This document shows positions 62,430 to 64,000 of a DNA stretch of 64,000 nt, in pieces. Position numbers and translations under genes: made by a program. This DNA comes from Psammoneis japonica. Lineage: Eukaryota. The notes under the pieces were generated by a model, which worked only from the letters and a program-made list of their open reading frames with translations, ran no database searches and was not told the DNA's origin. Location: assembly GCA_008632985.1 (NCBI GenBank), contig QPGO01000109.1:124001-188000 (forward strand). The letters are read 5' to 3'. Position 1 is the stretch's first letter. Each line of letters opens with the position of its first letter.

Positions 62430-64000
62430 AAGATGAAATTTGGAAGAACGCCACTTGATTGCACTGAAATGCCTCCCAAATTTTCCGACACCAATCCAGA
62501 CATGCTCAACAGTGACAAAGCACAACAAGCAAGGAAGAAGCAACGTTTTTCTGAAGAAAAAGAGAATGATGGGATGTCAATTGAAGAGTTGGATTCAATC
62601 AGGCAACAAATTGCACCTCGGTTTGTCCACTTGGATTCAACTCGAGCCGCAATGTTTTTGCTCCAACCTTGGTTTACCCCAATGACATTGATGCAAAGAC
62701 AGTTGTGCAAGATTGCATTGACATTTTGTCTGCTGTTGTCAATCATCCACGTGGCCACAAGACAGTGTTGCCTGACCAGGATGACAAGAATCTAGCTGCC
62801 AACTGTGAAAAGGCATCCATTGGGCATCGTGCACTTTGCATCATGGCAGCACTTCAGGCCACACTCAACAACCTCAAGGGGGAAGGAAAAGAGATTGAGG
62901 GTGATGTGACTTGGGGTGAGTGCTGTGGGTGTGCTGTGAAAAGGCCAGAGGAGGATGGCATTGCTGCCATTGGCATTTGGCGCAAGCGGGAGACCACTTT
63001 TCTCAAAACACCAAATGAGGCAAACCTGCACTCCCACCTTTTTTAGCAGCAATCCTGAAGTCAAGAATGCATTTGTTTGGCGCGCAATGCACAATCTGAA
63101 AGATCTTTCAATTGAGTTGATGCACAAGCACCTTTGCCAGAAGACAATTCCTGCGCTGCTGCTGAGCGCAAAGAATGATGTTGTGGTGGAAGATGATGAC
63201 GAATTTGAGCAAACCATTGAATCCACTGGTGAATCTCATTTGCTGACTGAAGATGAGGAAGATGCCAGAAGTTCATTTCTGAAAACGTTTGGACCAAGGA
63301 CATTTTCTATTTTGACAGTGTTGCGGTGGATGCATCTTCTTGGATTCAAGCATGCTCACAGGCTGAAAAGCTTTTGTGTTGATGGTCACAAGAAGCCCGC
63401 CATGAAGGCGCATTGAAAACAATTCACCAGATGATGCCTTGAGTTGGAGACGAGGTGCTGCAGGTGGGTGCAAATTCCACTGGAAGAAGCGACAGAGCTC
63501 ATGAATGCAGGCTTGGTTCCAAATCTTGGTCAGGACTCTCTCTTTGCTCGAGATGGAAATGTGTGTGTTGAGTTCCATGTGGACGACTGTGGCAGCTTTC
63601 ATGACATGATCACTCAATCCGCCGACCCGAAAGTGTGGGAATGTGTTGGATGTCCAAGCCACCAGTTTCCTGCCAGTGCAAAGCCAGCTGTGTTGTGGGG
63701 GCAAGATGAGGCCATTTTCAAACAGCTTCCATTGAACAACAAGGCCCCATGGTGAGACAGCACTGGTTCCGAAAGATGAGGGCCTTGGAACAATGCCCTC
63801 TCTTTTTGTGTGTTGGGAGTTTGGCCCAGTGCAAAGTCTTGATGATGATTTGCTCAAGAAAGTGAATGACAAAAGGAGCAGAGCTGTGTGCTGAGATGAA
63901 GCAGCAGCAACCGAAGCACAAGGGTCCAATTCCAAGAAAGATGTGAAGACGTTGCTGCTTGTCTGCGAATTTGAGTGTGGGCAGAACAATGAGGGACACT
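62430..64000 (+). pseudogene. Tc1/mariner-related DDE transposase remnant, cut by the window end
   Basis: RWMHLLGFK....KSFCVDGH (YVDGH), WGQDEAIFKQ, PKDEG.G.M motifs. Confidence 0.65.

Noticed and set aside
26600..64000. Classical fungal RIP or CpG decay alone
   Set aside because: RIP raises TpA, and CpG decay cannot turn TAY into TGY or CAY; CpG decay is present but secondary.

Overview
Eukaryotic genomic DNA, most consistent with a pennate diatom: short GT-AG introns, a helicase with HA repeats, a diatom-type Copia, and diatom-type Harbinger and piggyBac-like transposases. Two gene islands with ordinary composition (~3.6-8.9 kb and ~19.1-26.6 kb) hold five genes: two divergent Cys-rich membrane-protein paralogs, a frameshifted glycosyltransferase-like gene, a DUF2439 protein and a helicase with HA repeats. 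The rest is nested, dead transposons: Tc1/IS630-like, two piggyBac-like, two Harbinger, Gypsy, a full-length Copia, a LINE, a GAC-TIR non-autonomous family and a tRNA-bearing TRIM-like element. The main signal is that TpA has been almost erased from the transposon domains by TA->TG and TA->CA transitions (A->G at TpA on either strand). Conserved Tyr residues read Cys or His. LTR pairs, TIR pairs and target-site duplications differ at these sites, while genes, gene-proximal transposon ends and one young insertion are spared. This looks like a RIP-analogous, adenine-directed, transposon-domain hypermutation process, distinct from CpG decay. All counts and coordinates were read by eye; no alignment or database search was run.
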